From positions 1 through 64,000 of IMG/VR virus record IMGVR_UViG_3300010413_000004: DNA of 64,000 bases, one strand, 5' to 3'. This stretch comes from a virus. Position 1 is the stretch's first letter. Each line of letters begins with the position of its first letter. The position numbers were made by a program, and so were the translations under genes. Below are positions 36,226 to 47,300 of the stretch, piece by piece. The notes beneath the pieces were generated by a model. That model was not told the origin of the DNA. It was given only the letters and a program-made list of their open reading frames with translations, and did not search any database.

Positions 36226-39200
36226 ATGGGTGATTTTGATACCTTTTCTGACACCGCTTACCAATTAAAGGCCGAAGGCGAAAAGATAACGCTAACTTTC
36301 AAAAAAGGCGTTCCGACATCTAATCAAGGTACCATAGAATGGAATATTCCAACACCAGTTGAAGGGTGTTCGGATGCTAATGGCGTGTACAGTGGAATGG
36401 TAATACTGTTAAGTACCACTCCTCTTGATGCTCCAAATATTCCAATTGACGGTGTAGTGTATCAAGCCGACCCTACTGCCAATACCGACCTCCACACAGG
36501 AGATAAAATTGGTGGGAACGCATTGGTTGTTGGTGCAATTTATGAATGTGACAAGAAAGGTAGAGGAGAAACACTGACTACAACCTTAGTGATTTCTGAT
36601 CTACAAAGCGACACTCCTTATTACATCGGTGGCTACGCAACTGATTGTCAATTCAGATACCACTCTGATGGTATTCGAGCATATTCAGATGAATATGGGA
36701 AAGCTGATACGCCCGACCACCCATCTACGCAGAACATTTCAATAGGTGCGAATAATACTAATTGCATAACTCCGACAGATGGTACAGGTCTCGTTGCTGG
36801 CAATCAGTATTCTTTTGATGTTATTGTTGACCTAACATATCCTAATAAGACAAATGTTAAGACGTCTCAGATCAATATCAATGGTATTGATGCTGGAACA
36901 TATCAGCAACTTGTTGATCAAATAAACAAACAACTGAAGTTGGTTGACAATCCACCTCAGTCTCCAATTGCGCCAAATACTGGCGCACTATATTGGAACG
37001 CAACAACTAACAAATTATATGAGTATGATGGAACAACTCATAACGAATTATCAGTAATTGTTGAAGCAACTGATCCATCGATCATCACTGCTGGGGAATA
37101 CTGGTACAATCCTTTAACAGCAATTTTAAAAATACGAGGATCTTCTCCACTAACGTGGTTAGATGTTGAGTACTCAAACGTATCGTATGACCCAATAGCT
37201 CCCGTAGATAATGCGTATTGGTTCGATGGAACGACCGCTAGAATGTGGAATGGTGTTTCTTGGTGTGATCAGACTACATTAACAACTACAACAGATCCAG
37301 ACACATCCTGTCCAACACCATCAGCTGGAATGTTTTGGTATGATGAAACGTTAAGTATTCTCAAACGTTGGAGCGTATATGACCAACAGTGGGTATCATC
37401 TGCAGCTGTATCGTGGCCTGAAGCACCAAATCAACTTTCGCTTGGAACATATTGGTTTGATCTGAATACGAACAAACTATTTGTATTGGATATTGGTTCT
37501 GTTTGGTCTGATTTGTCTAGCTCAACATTTGTTCAAACAGTAGAGCCAATAACTCCAGCAGATCAAGATTTGTGGTTCAATCCAACAACAGAAGACCTAC
37601 ACCAATATAATAGTGCAACGCAGCTGTGGACACTATTGAATGTTTTGGTTTGGCCTGGTGATCCATCAGACGTTTCTTCGTGTGAAGTGTGGTGGAAAAC
37701 TACTGACAATACTCTATATTTGTGGGACAAAGTTAACTCTGAGTGGGATTTGGTAACGAATTTTACCATCTCACTTGCTGATCCATTATTACCTCAGCCC
37801 CTTGCAATAAACACAATTTGGTATAATCCAACTACCAAAGTCATGAACAGATATGATGGTAGTAGTTGGGTAGTTATCGAAGAGTATATTGCAAAATCAT
37901 CAGATCCAACTCTTGTTGTTACAGGAGATGTTTGGCACGATCTTACTACATCTACGTGGAAGCAATGGGGTATTCCAACTGCTAGTCAGTGGAATACATT
38001 TGATCCTGTTGATGCAAACATAGATCCAACAACTCTTCCATCTGGTACATATTGGTACAATACAACTGCCAATGTATTGAACGTAAGAAATGGCATTTCG
38101 TGGATTGTCGCCTACTATTCGGTTGCTCCGTATACTCCAAGCAGAGGTACGCTGTGGTTTGATACCTCAAACGATGAACTATATGAATGGTCAGGGACAA
38201 CTTGGGAAGTTTCACAACCATTTGCACGCGCTTATTTCTATAACTGTGGAATAACATTTGAATCTGCGCAACGTGGAAGTAGTACATTGTTGATCATTCC
38301 ATCGACTACAGTAACATCAGACTATCCAACAAGAACAATACCGTACGCACAATACTTGTGGGATCAAGTGTCACCAACCTCAGAAGTATTGTGGCCAAAA
38401 GAAGGATACGATGGTCAGTCGGGTGTTCCTTCGTATATGGAACTGGGAGTTGGTGATGATGGTACGCCTGATGAACGGCGTAAAATCATGGATGATATTC
38501 GTTATCAGCTTGGTTATCCAACCGTCGACGTTGAACTGACGCCTGTACAATTGGAAATCGCAGTACAGAAGGCCTTAGAAGCTTTCCGTAAGAGAAGTTC
38601 GTCTGCTTATAAACGAGGATTTTTCTTCCTAGACGTCAAACCATATGAACAGTCATATAAATTAACAAACAGACGAATTGGATATCACAAGATTGTTGAT
38701 ATCTCGGGTGCATTTAGATTCACTGCTGCTTTCTTGTCAACTGTTCATGGTAGTGGCGTATATGGTCAAGTTGTTCTTCAACATTTGTATAATATGGGCA
38801 CATACGACTTAACTAGCTTCCATCTCGTTTCACAATATGTTGAACAACTAGAGCATTTGTTTGCTACCAGATTGGTGTACAACTGGGACGAAACTGATCG
38901 AACGTTGAGTTTCTATCAATCGTTTGGCGTTGAAGAACGAGTATTGCTTGATTGTTCTGTGGAAAGAACAGAACAAGATCTAATGTCGGACAGATTTGCT
39001 AAGACGTGGATCAAAAGATATGCACTAGCCGAAGCTATGGTAATCTTAGCACAGGTACGTGGTAAGTATGGTTCGTTGCCTGGAGCTGGAGGAGGAATAT
39101 CATTGAACTCTTCAGACCTATTGGCCACTGCAGATGCTTATAAGGCAGAGTTGTTCGAACAACTCGAAGATTATGTTACCCAAAATCCTGAAGACTATGG

Positions 39201-39228
39201 CATGGGTAGTACATTCATAATTGGTTAA
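36226..39228 (+). CDS. gp13: Neck protein gp13-like domain fused to long N-terminal Trp-rich repeat region
   Basis: C-terminal LGYPTVDVEL...Q, W.KRYALA......L..VRGKY..LPG..GGISLN. Confidence 0.8.
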   Translation: MGDFDTFSDTAYQLKAEGEKITLTFKKGVPTSNQGTIEWNIPTPVEGCSDANGVYSGMVILLSTTPLDAPNIPIDGVVYQADPTANTDLHTGDKIGGNALVVGAIYECDKKGRGETLTTTLVISDLQSDTPYYIGGYATDCQFRYHSDGIRAYSDEYGKADTPDHPSTQNISIGANNTNCITPTDGTGLVAGNQYSFDVIVDLTYPNKTNVKTSQININGIDAGTYQQLVDQINKQLKLVDNPPQSPIAPNTGALYWNATTNKLYEYDGTTHNELSVIVEATDPSIITAGEYWYNPLTAILKIRGSSPLTWLDVEYSNVSYDPIAPVDNAYWFDGTTARMWNGVSWCDQTTLTTTTDPDTSCPTPSAGMFWYDETLSILKRWSVYDQQWVSSAAVSWPEAPNQLSLGTYWFDLNTNKLFVLDIGSVWSDLSSSTFVQTVEPITPADQDLWFNPTTEDLHQYNSATQLWTLLNVLVWPGDPSDVSSCEVWWKTTDNTLYLWDKVNSEWDLVTNFTISLADPLLPQPLAINTIWYNPTTKVMNRYDGSSWVVIEEYIAKSSDPTLVVTGDVWHDLTTSTWKQWGIPTASQWNTFDPVDANIDPTTLPSGTYWYNTTANVLNVRNGISWIVAYYSVAPYTPSRGTLWFDTSNDELYEWSGTTWEVSQPFARAYFYNCGITFESAQRGSSTLLIIPSTTVTSDYPTRTIPYAQYLWDQVSPTSEVLWPKEGYDGQSGVPSYMELGVGDDGTPDERRKIMDDIRYQLGYPTVDVELTPVQLEIAVQKALEAFRKRSSSAYKRGFFFLDVKPYEQSYKLTNRRIGYHKIVDISGAFRFTAAFLSTVHGSGVYGQVVLQHLYNMGTYDLTSFHLVSQYVEQLEHLFATRLVYNWDETDRTLSFYQSFGVEERVLLDCSVERTEQDLMSDRFAKTWIKRYALAEAMVILAQVRGKYGSLPGAGGGISLNSSDLLATADAYKAELFEQLEDYVTQNPEDYGMGSTFIIG

Positions 39229-39281
39229 TCGATTGCGATTAGATAAATACGTTAACAGTAAACAAATATAAGGAAAACAAA

Positions 39282-39827
39282 ATGTCGCTACTTAAACAAC
39301 TACTCGAAGACATGAACATCCGAGACATGATGAGCATGGATAGTGGTGAAACACCTGACGATTCTATGGAACCTGATCGGGGGACAGAACCTCAAGAGGG
39401 AGAGAATGAATACGATGAATCGACACATGATGGTCTCGTTAAATTCTTTACTGACCATGAATATCCTAGTGACGAAGAAGTTCACCAACTAGCATCTGAT
39501 ATGGGTCTTGAGCCAGATGAGCTCGAAGAGCAAATTTATGCATTGTTGCATGCAGTACTCAAGGGGGTAGGAAAGCACAATGGTGTTCCTGATGAGGATT
39601 TTGACCCTGAGCAGCTTGCACGTGGCATTCAGGTTGAGCGTGAACATACAAATAATGATTGGGTCGCAAAGATGATTGCTAAAGATCACCTATCAGAGAT
39701 TCCTAACTATTACACATTATTGGATCAAATGGAGCAAGGTGCTGGTGTGGGGGATTCAGACGAAGGGTCTGACGATACCGATTCAGATGAAAGAGAATTT
39801 ACATTCACATCCCAGGGAATTGAATAA
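39282..39827 (+). CDS. Acidic protein with DUF5661-like domain
   Basis: QL..GI.VE.EHT.....A..IA.DHL.E.P.YY..L; N-terminal MSLLKQLLE. Confidence 0.6.
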   Translation: MSLLKQLLEDMNIRDMMSMDSGETPDDSMEPDRGTEPQEGENEYDESTHDGLVKFFTDHEYPSDEEVHQLASDMGLEPDELEEQIYALLHAVLKGVGKHNGVPDEDFDPEQLARGIQVEREHTNNDWVAKMIAKDHLSEIPNYYTLLDQMEQGAGVGDSDEGSDDTDSDEREFTFTSQGIE

Positions 39828-41509
39828 TGTCAAGAGACTGCAATAGCGTAACATCAGGATGTACTGGCACAGTTGGACCCGACTATTCTTCTGGACAGTC
39901 GGACTCGCAGTGTCAACAGCAGCCTAATGGAAACTATTGTCCGTCCCCAGGAACTCAAAAACGCTGCAGCTCATTCGATTTAAGCAAAAGTAGAGACTCG
40001 TGTTATATTGATTCTCTTTCAAATGAAATTGTCGAAATCGCTGGAGCAGAGTTCAATGTTTATAAATTGCTTGGTGTTCATGAGCAAGGGCAATTAGTTG
40101 ATGTTACGGGCCACGGATTACCGATATCAAATGGTGATTGGCCAAACTTCCCTGCATCCAATGCATATGACATTTACATTTCTGAGTGGCGATCAATTCA
40201 GTGTGGTTCTGCTGTGCTGGCATCTGCTTATCTTGGATATGATTTTGGTGAAATTAAGACAAATGATGGGAGTCGTAGAGCATATGGGGTAGATACGAGT
40301 ATCTACAAACACATCACGTCAATTGCAATCAAGCAATCATCTAACCCACTCCGTCGAGCAACAAAGATTCGTATTGAACGATCCGAAGATGGGAGTCGTT
40401 GGTTGGGTGTAGCAGTTATAGACTTGCCAGACGATGATTGTTTGACGACTGCATTCTTTAAATCTTCAGTTCCCTCGAGATACTGGAGACTTCGTCCATT
40501 GGAATTTAATGGAACAACGGCAGATGAAAATTGGGGAGTTCAAGCACTTCAATTGTTTCATGATTATCAAGCAACTGATATACATAATATTCAAGATAAG
40601 GTCCTATTAGAAAATAAGGATCGTGATTATAACACTGATCCAATCATGATCAAAGGGTCGTATGATCTTGTTGATGTTCCTATGGAACTAACACAATTTG
40701 GCGGCGAATTTCCAGCTCAAACAATATATGCACAGATAGGGTTTTCTTCGTGTGTTGCAGCACTTGGTCGTCCAGTTATTATTGGTGATATTGTTGAACT
40801 TCCTAGCGAGACTCAATATACGCCAAATATGGTTCCCGTCAAGAAATGGATGGAGGTTACTGATGTTGCTTGGAGTACAGAAGGATATACACCAGGATGG
40901 CAACCAACGCTAATGCGTGTAATACTACAGCCTGCTTACTTTACACAAGAAACACAGGATGTGTTTGGTGATCTTGCTTCAACAGAAGTTGAAGGTGGAA
41001 TTGGTCTAGTTGACGGAGAAGATGGAAACAGTTCAATCTTCCAAGATTACTTTGATTCATCACAGACAGTTAAGGCTGAAGCGAAAGATGCTGTTCCTGA
41101 GCGGGGCGCTGCTGGGTCAAACACCATTCGAGAATTCGAAGAAACAGAAATTCAACAAGCAGCAGCTGCAGGCGTTCCCAATATTGATAAGCTTGGCCTC
41201 AACCCAACAGGTTTATATGTGGAAGATGCAATGCCACCCAATAATGCTCCATATACGGAAGGCAGTGAATTTCCACCATCTCCATCACATGGAGATTACC
41301 ACAGAATGACGTACGAGGGGTTGTCTGAAGACGTTCCTGCTCGATTATATCGATATTCATCTTCGAAAGGCCGTTGGATCTTCTTAGAGAAGGATAAGCG
41401 AGCTGAAATGAACCATAACAAGCCAGTACTTCAAGAATTTACAACATCTGCATATGCTGTAGATGAAAATCAAATAACTTCAGCCTATCGCGATAGACTT
41501 GATGATTAA
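39827..41509 (+). CDS. gp14: Neck/head-closure protein gp14-like with inserted discoidin-like domain
   Basis: Between gp13 and gp15; IQD.VLLENKDR.Y, LGRP...GD.VELP; YLGYDFG...SRYWRL F5/8-type motifs. Confidence 0.65.
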   Translation: MSRDCNSVTSGCTGTVGPDYSSGQSDSQCQQQPNGNYCPSPGTQKRCSSFDLSKSRDSCYIDSLSNEIVEIAGAEFNVYKLLGVHEQGQLVDVTGHGLPISNGDWPNFPASNAYDIYISEWRSIQCGSAVLASAYLGYDFGEIKTNDGSRRAYGVDTSIYKHITSIAIKQSSNPLRRATKIRIERSEDGSRWLGVAVIDLPDDDCLTTAFFKSSVPSRYWRLRPLEFNGTTADENWGVQALQLFHDYQATDIHNIQDKVLLENKDRDYNTDPIMIKGSYDLVDVPMELTQFGGEFPAQTIYAQIGFSSCVAALGRPVIIGDIVELPSETQYTPNMVPVKKWMEVTDVAWSTEGYTPGWQPTLMRVILQPAYFTQETQDVFGDLASTEVEGGIGLVDGEDGNSSIFQDYFDSSQTVKAEAKDAVPERGAAGSNTIREFEETEIQQAAAAGVPNIDKLGLNPTGLYVEDAMPPNNAPYTEGSEFPPSPSHGDYHRMTYEGLSEDVPARLYRYSSSKGRWIFLEKDKRAEMNHNKPVLQEFTTSAYAVDENQITSAYRDRLDD

Positions 41510-41520
41510 GAGAGGATTTA

Positions 41521-42291
41521 ATGACTGTTTCTGAATCTTACTATTACAATAACCAATTACGAAAGTATATGGTTCAGTTTGCTGCTGTGTTTCAAGGTAT
41601 GCAAGTTAAAGTAGGAAAACGCGACACAACTGAACCTCAGTTAATTAATGTTCCTGTTAAGAATGCAAGTTCGGACCGCGTGGTAGCGGCAATCAAAGGT
41701 GACAATACACAAAATAAACCGATTAGATTGCCTCTAATGACATTCCAATTGGCTGGTATTGATCTTGCCCCCGAGATACGAAAAGGTGTCGGTAACACTC
41801 GTCGTAACTCGTACGTCCCTATAGGTGGACTTATTCCAGATGATATCACTGTTGTAGAACAATATATGCCAATTCCATATAGAGCAACTTTTGAATTGGA
41901 AATATGGGCAAGTAACCAAGATCAACATTATCAAATAATGGAACAAATACTCACATTGTTCGATCCTATGTTACAGATACAAACTAGTGATGATGTACTA
42001 GATTGGACCAAACTAACTACAATAGAACTGATAGGCATCGCGTTTAATGAAAATACGCCAGCTGGTACAGATCGCCGCAATATAAGAACAACTTTAACAT
42101 TTTCGGTTCCAATTTATATGTCGACCACAGCTAAGCGCCACACGCAGTTTGTACGAGATATATTTTTACGTATTGGAGCAGTTTCTGCGGATGTTACGAC
42201 GACATATGATGCGATTTCTGACCTTGATACCCAGGGTATTAGCTACGACCACGTATTCGATTTGTCTACATCCCTACCAGATGGCGTATAG
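41521..42291 (+). CDS. gp15: Tail terminator / sheath stabiliser gp15
   Basis: YYY..QLRKY..QF...F, P.PY...FEL.IW..N.DQ..QI.EQIL..F.P. Confidence 0.88.
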   Translation: MTVSESYYYNNQLRKYMVQFAAVFQGMQVKVGKRDTTEPQLINVPVKNASSDRVVAAIKGDNTQNKPIRLPLMTFQLAGIDLAPEIRKGVGNTRRNSYVPIGGLIPDDITVVEQYMPIPYRATFELEIWASNQDQHYQIMEQILTLFDPMLQIQTSDDVLDWTKLTTIELIGIAFNENTPAGTDRRNIRTTLTFSVPIYMSTTAKRHTQFVRDIFLRIGAVSADVTTTYDAISDLDTQGISYDHVFDLSTSLPDGV

Positions 42292-42351
42292 CAATATTTT
42301 GCTTGATGCGTGAGTAAATGCGGTGTTTTTACACATTTTTAAGGCATTCGC

Positions 42352-42359
42352 TATAAATA
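42352..42359 (+). promoter_or_regulatory. T4-type late promoter for sheath gene
   Basis: TATAAATA. Confidence 0.75.
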
Positions 42360-42437
42360 ATTGCAGAAGAAAAAAGAATGCCTAATACGCCATGTTCGTG
42401 TGAATTGGCAAGTAACTATTTTTAGTAAGGAGATAAA

Positions 42438-44198
42438 ATGGCAACCTTAGTTTCACCAGGAGTGAGCGTAACAATTACGGACGAGTCGTTTTTTGTTCCA
42501 GCATCAGCTCCTACGGTTCCTTTGATTTTTATCGCAACCGCTGATGAGAAACTTCAGTCAGATGGTATAACGCCAGCTCAAGGTACATACGAATATGATG
42601 TTGTTCGCACTGTAACCTCTCTAAGCCAGAGCACTCAGTTATATGGTGTTCCACGCTTCTTAGAGGACGTAAATGGTCAACAATTCCACGGCGATGCACG
42701 AAACGAGTATGGTCTGTTTGCGTTGAATCAATTCTTGGGAGTTAGTAATCGTGCATATGTTGTGCGCGCTAATGTCAACTTGGACGACGATCTCACAAAC
42801 GTACTATCGTTGTGGGACACCAAAATGCTCCAAGCTCAGACAGTTCTCGAAAATCTAATCAACGATTACATTACTAGCTATAACGCTACACATGGGTTGG
42901 TTGCTGGTGGTTCACCTGCTGCAATCACTACTGTTGATGCGGCAACATATTTGGGCTTAGTAACACAAGCAACACAAGATCTGTTCAATTCGTACTCTTT
43001 CACTTCAATTGAAACGTACTTCTATGATGATCAGAGTCTTGCACCGCTTCCAATATATGCTAGTGGTTATAATTTACCATCCACTGGTTTGTATAATGGT
43101 CTAACATACATTGCCAACAACATCGGCGGCTCTCCATCATATCCAGGTGGCGGTACTGTAGCAGGGGAGTTTACGCCTACTGAAGGTGGCAACTTGTTAG
43201 TAGCCGCAGCTGATGATTTCAAGTACACTGTTGAATTTATGACAGGAACTAGCCTTGGTGCAAGTGATTCTGTTCGTAGAGCTGCAATTGTGACAGCTTT
43301 GAAAGCAGCAATTACAAGCAACACAGAAGTGCGTTCTGACAACTTTGATTATAACTTAGTACTATGTCCAGGTTATCCAGAAGTTGTTAGTGAATTGGCA
43401 GCTTTGGTAACAGACATTAATGAAGAAGCATTGATCGTTGCTGATACACCAATGAATCTGAATCCAGATGGTATCACAAATCCAACAACGGGTTGGGCTG
43501 TTTCTGCAGAGCGTGTGATCTCTTCAAACGTCGCATATTACTACCCATCTGCACTAGCTACCAACTTAGATGGTAAGGATGTTACAGTTGCTGCAAGTGG
43601 TGTTGCATTGCGCACGTATGCTTACAACGATAATGTTGCATTCTTGTGGACTCCACCAGCAGGTACACGTCGTGGACGAATCACTGGAATTTCAAATCTT
43701 GGTTATGTTAGTGGAACGTTGGGTACTGCAACAACATTTGTTGAGTTGAACATCAACCAAGGTCAGAAAGATGCATTGTATACTTACTCTGCATCTGGTG
43801 GTATTAACCCTCTGATGAATATTCAAGGGTATGGTTTTGTTGTAATGGGCCAAAAAACGTCCACAGGCCTAACTGCAAGTGCTGTTGATCGTGTTAACGT
43901 GTCACGTTTAACCAAATATGTTAAACGTCAGCTTCGTAGATACACACTACCATTCGTGTTCGAACCAAACGATTCACTCACTCGTGCAAATCTGAAGGCT
44001 GTCGTAGACAACTTCTTGGGCGACTTAATCGTTAAGCGTGGTTTGTACGACTTCGCCACAATATGTGATGATTCAAACAACGATCCAGCTAGAATCGATC
44101 GAAATGAGTTGTATATTGATGTAATCATTAAGCCTGTCAAGGCCGCTGAATTCATCTACATTCCAATTCGAATAGTTTCGACTGGAGCATCAATCTAA
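42438..44198 (+). CDS. gp18: Tail sheath protein gp18
   Basis: LVSPGV...I.DES, W.PPAG.RRG, GQKT, DRVNV.RL, FEPND..TR, CD.SNN...RIDRNEL..D..IKPVKAAEFIYIP. Confidence 0.96.
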   Translation: MATLVSPGVSVTITDESFFVPASAPTVPLIFIATADEKLQSDGITPAQGTYEYDVVRTVTSLSQSTQLYGVPRFLEDVNGQQFHGDARNEYGLFALNQFLGVSNRAYVVRANVNLDDDLTNVLSLWDTKMLQAQTVLENLINDYITSYNATHGLVAGGSPAAITTVDAATYLGLVTQATQDLFNSYSFTSIETYFYDDQSLAPLPIYASGYNLPSTGLYNGLTYIANNIGGSPSYPGGGTVAGEFTPTEGGNLLVAAADDFKYTVEFMTGTSLGASDSVRRAAIVTALKAAITSNTEVRSDNFDYNLVLCPGYPEVVSELAALVTDINEEALIVADTPMNLNPDGITNPTTGWAVSAERVISSNVAYYYPSALATNLDGKDVTVAASGVALRTYAYNDNVAFLWTPPAGTRRGRITGISNLGYVSGTLGTATTFVELNINQGQKDALYTYSASGGINPLMNIQGYGFVVMGQKTSTGLTASAVDRVNVSRLTKYVKRQLRRYTLPFVFEPNDSLTRANLKAVVDNFLGDLIVKRGLYDFATICDDSNNDPARIDRNELYIDVIIKPVKAAEFIYIPIRIVSTGASI

Positions 44199-44223
44199 AA
44201 AAGGGGCCTTGAGCCCCTTTTTT
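44197..44223 (+). terminator. Rho-independent terminator after sheath gene
   Basis: aaaaaaggggc-cttga-gcccctttttt. Confidence 0.88.
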
Positions 44224-44304
44224 ATTATCTGTCCTTCTCTCCCTTCTTTTGTAGCGTGTCCCGACCATAAATAGTACAAAACAGCAATGAGGTAATGATA
44301 ATAT

Positions 44305-47300
44305 ATGGCACGCCAAATATCAAGAGCAGAAGCGTGGGAACGTGCCCACGAAGTGTTCACCCGAATAAACTTCAACTCATTTGATTATGATACAATCAAA
44401 GAGAGTTTGATTGATTACACCAAACTATACTTCGCAGAAGATTTCAACGACTACATTGAAAGTTCGGAATTTATCGCAATTCTAGAACTGTTTGCATATG
44501 TTGGTGAACTTTTAGCTTATCGGTTAGACCTCAACGCTCACGAAAACCTCATTACTGCTGCTCAACGTAAAGAGTCCATTTTACGTCTGGTTACGTTTAT
44601 TTCCTACAAAGCGACTAGAAACATTCCTGCAAGGGGGCTAGTAAAGATAACATCGATTCATACTTCTGAAAGTATTACCGATTCGCAAGGAAAGATATTA
44701 ACAAACAAGCAGATACTGTGGAACGATAGCAATAATCCTAACTGGAAAGAGCAATTTCTATTAGTGATGAATCGTGTTCTAGAACAAGATTTTGGTACTG
44801 TTACACCAAATGAACGCGTTCAGGTTGACGATGTATTATTCGAGTTATATAGCTTAAACAACTCTCCTCTCACAACTGGTGGTCCATCCGTTGTTAAATA
44901 TAACGCGACTGTAAATGGAACATCATATCCAATGGAGTTGACACCTGTTAGCTTAACTAGTGATGGACCAGAAGAGAAACGGCCAGAGCGTAATGCAAAA
45001 CTATCTTTATTGTATGGTTCGGATGGACTCGGCGATGGCTCCGATACCACTGGATTCTTTCTTTTTACAAAACAAGGAACGCTTCGGGTACAAGAAGCTG
45101 CGTTTGATGGAATTACACCAAACCAGACATACAACATTGCAATTGACAACATCAACGAAACAGATGTGTGGCTCAACAATGTCGATCCTGATACAAGAGC
45201 TATAATTGAACAAGATATTCGTCAACAGTTGTTACCTCACCTTTCATATGGTGAAACTCGTTTTGGCGAGTGGGTAGAGGTTGATGTTGCAAATGCTCAA
45301 AATATTATCTTCAACACAAACAAAAACCGTCACAAGTATGAAGTAGAAACTCTTGATAATGACAACATCAACTTAATATTTGGTGATGGGGAGTTTTCGG
45401 ATATTCCTGCAGGCTCTTTCGATGTATGGTATCGTACTTCAGCAAATGAAGAATTAGTAATTCCAAAAGTGTCTGTGGCAGATCAATCTGCCTCCTTCTC
45501 ATATATTGATGCTACGGGGTCAACACAAACACTTACATTTACTTTCTCACTAATCAATTCTCTTCAAAACGCCTCACCATCAGAAGACATTGAACACATC
45601 AGACGTGTTGCTCCATCCGTTTACTATACGCAAGATCGAATGGTTAATGGACGTGATTATAACACGTTTATGTTACAAGATCCTTCGATCTTGAAAATGA
45701 GAACAATTAACCGAACGTTTGCGGGTGACTCTAAGTATATTGCTTGGCACGATCCGAAAGAGTACTATGAAGATGTGAAAATCTTTGGAGATGATTTAGC
45801 ATTGTATTGGGCAGAAAACGATCCAACGAGTGGCAATACGGTAACTATCAGTACTGCAGCCACAGCTGAAGAAGTACTCAACAATTATATTGAACCTTTG
45901 TTGTGTAGCACAGATTTCTTCGCTGTAATTGGTCCTAAATTGGAACAGTTGCAAATCAATCCGTCGGACATGAGATGTACATTCAATACTGAAAATGTGC
46001 CTTATTCGTTTGATCCGACTTCAAACGAAACAAGTGCAATCACAGCTGCTTTAAACACTGCGATGGTGGCAACACCGTCATTCGACCTTTATTATTCTGC
46101 AATTTATGATGAATGGACTGTATCGTGGTCATCATCGGGACACCCTTGTGACAATGAGTCTTCCCTTCCACCATATGGATCGCCAGTCATTTCTGGATGT
46201 ACGAAAGGACCAGCTGAGTCGACATGGATGGCACGTATAACAGCACAATTCTCTGGTGGAAGTAGCACGATATCGGGTTGGTTGGTTCAGTGGAGAACTA
46301 GACGCTTAATTGTTCATAGTGAGACCACAAATTTCTGGAATACAAATGACACTAGCCGTGTTATCAATTACGATACATTAGATTCAATTGCTGATACAGT
46401 TGTTGTATTGAAAGCAAACACAACTGCTGCTGGAACTGGAATCTTGGCTGCTAATCACAACTTTAGTGTTTTGGGTCAAGAATTGATTGAGCAAAATTTA
46501 GCTAGTGCTGGCCTTCCTGACACTCACAAACTATCAGTATTGCCCGAAGATGTGAATCAGGATGGAATAGCTGATAATTTAAGTCAGCCATCTTTGATGC
46601 AAACGACATATGATAATTCTCCAGGTTCATTCACTATTGATGGAACTGGATATATCTTGACATTACCAGATAGTCGTACTATCGTTCAAGCATTAGATAG
46701 TGATATGAACAAAGAGCTTGAAGTGTATATTGATGGTGTTCGATACAAGTTTGGTGATGGGTTGAGTGTTCCAACGACTGATATAATTGCTACTCAGGTT
46801 CAATGTACCACAAGCTTTTCAACAGCGACGAATATTGTGTTGATTTTCAACGAGCAAACATATCAAATGTTTGACACTGATCATTGGATTCCAATCGATC
46901 CAACTGATGGTAACAGAACACTATGGGCCGTAGATGCCGCTGATGGCATACAGGGAACATATCGTCGTTTTGCGGGACGATATCCATTGAACTTTGCATG
47001 GATGCACACCACACCAAATCTTCATCTTGTGGATCCAGCAGCTTCAAACATTCATGATATGTTTATCATTACTCGTGGATATTATACGTCTCTTCGTCGA
47101 TACCTTGAAAACAAGTCAGATATTGAACCAACACCTCCAACACCACGCGAATTGCGTTCTTCATACTCCACATTGTTGGAAAATAAGATGTTCTCAGATA
47201 CTGTGGTCCTCCATCCAGGCAAATTTAAAACGATCTTTGGTCCACGTTCTGTTCCTGAACTAAGAGCAACATTCAAGGTGATTCGACCACAGACGTCAAA

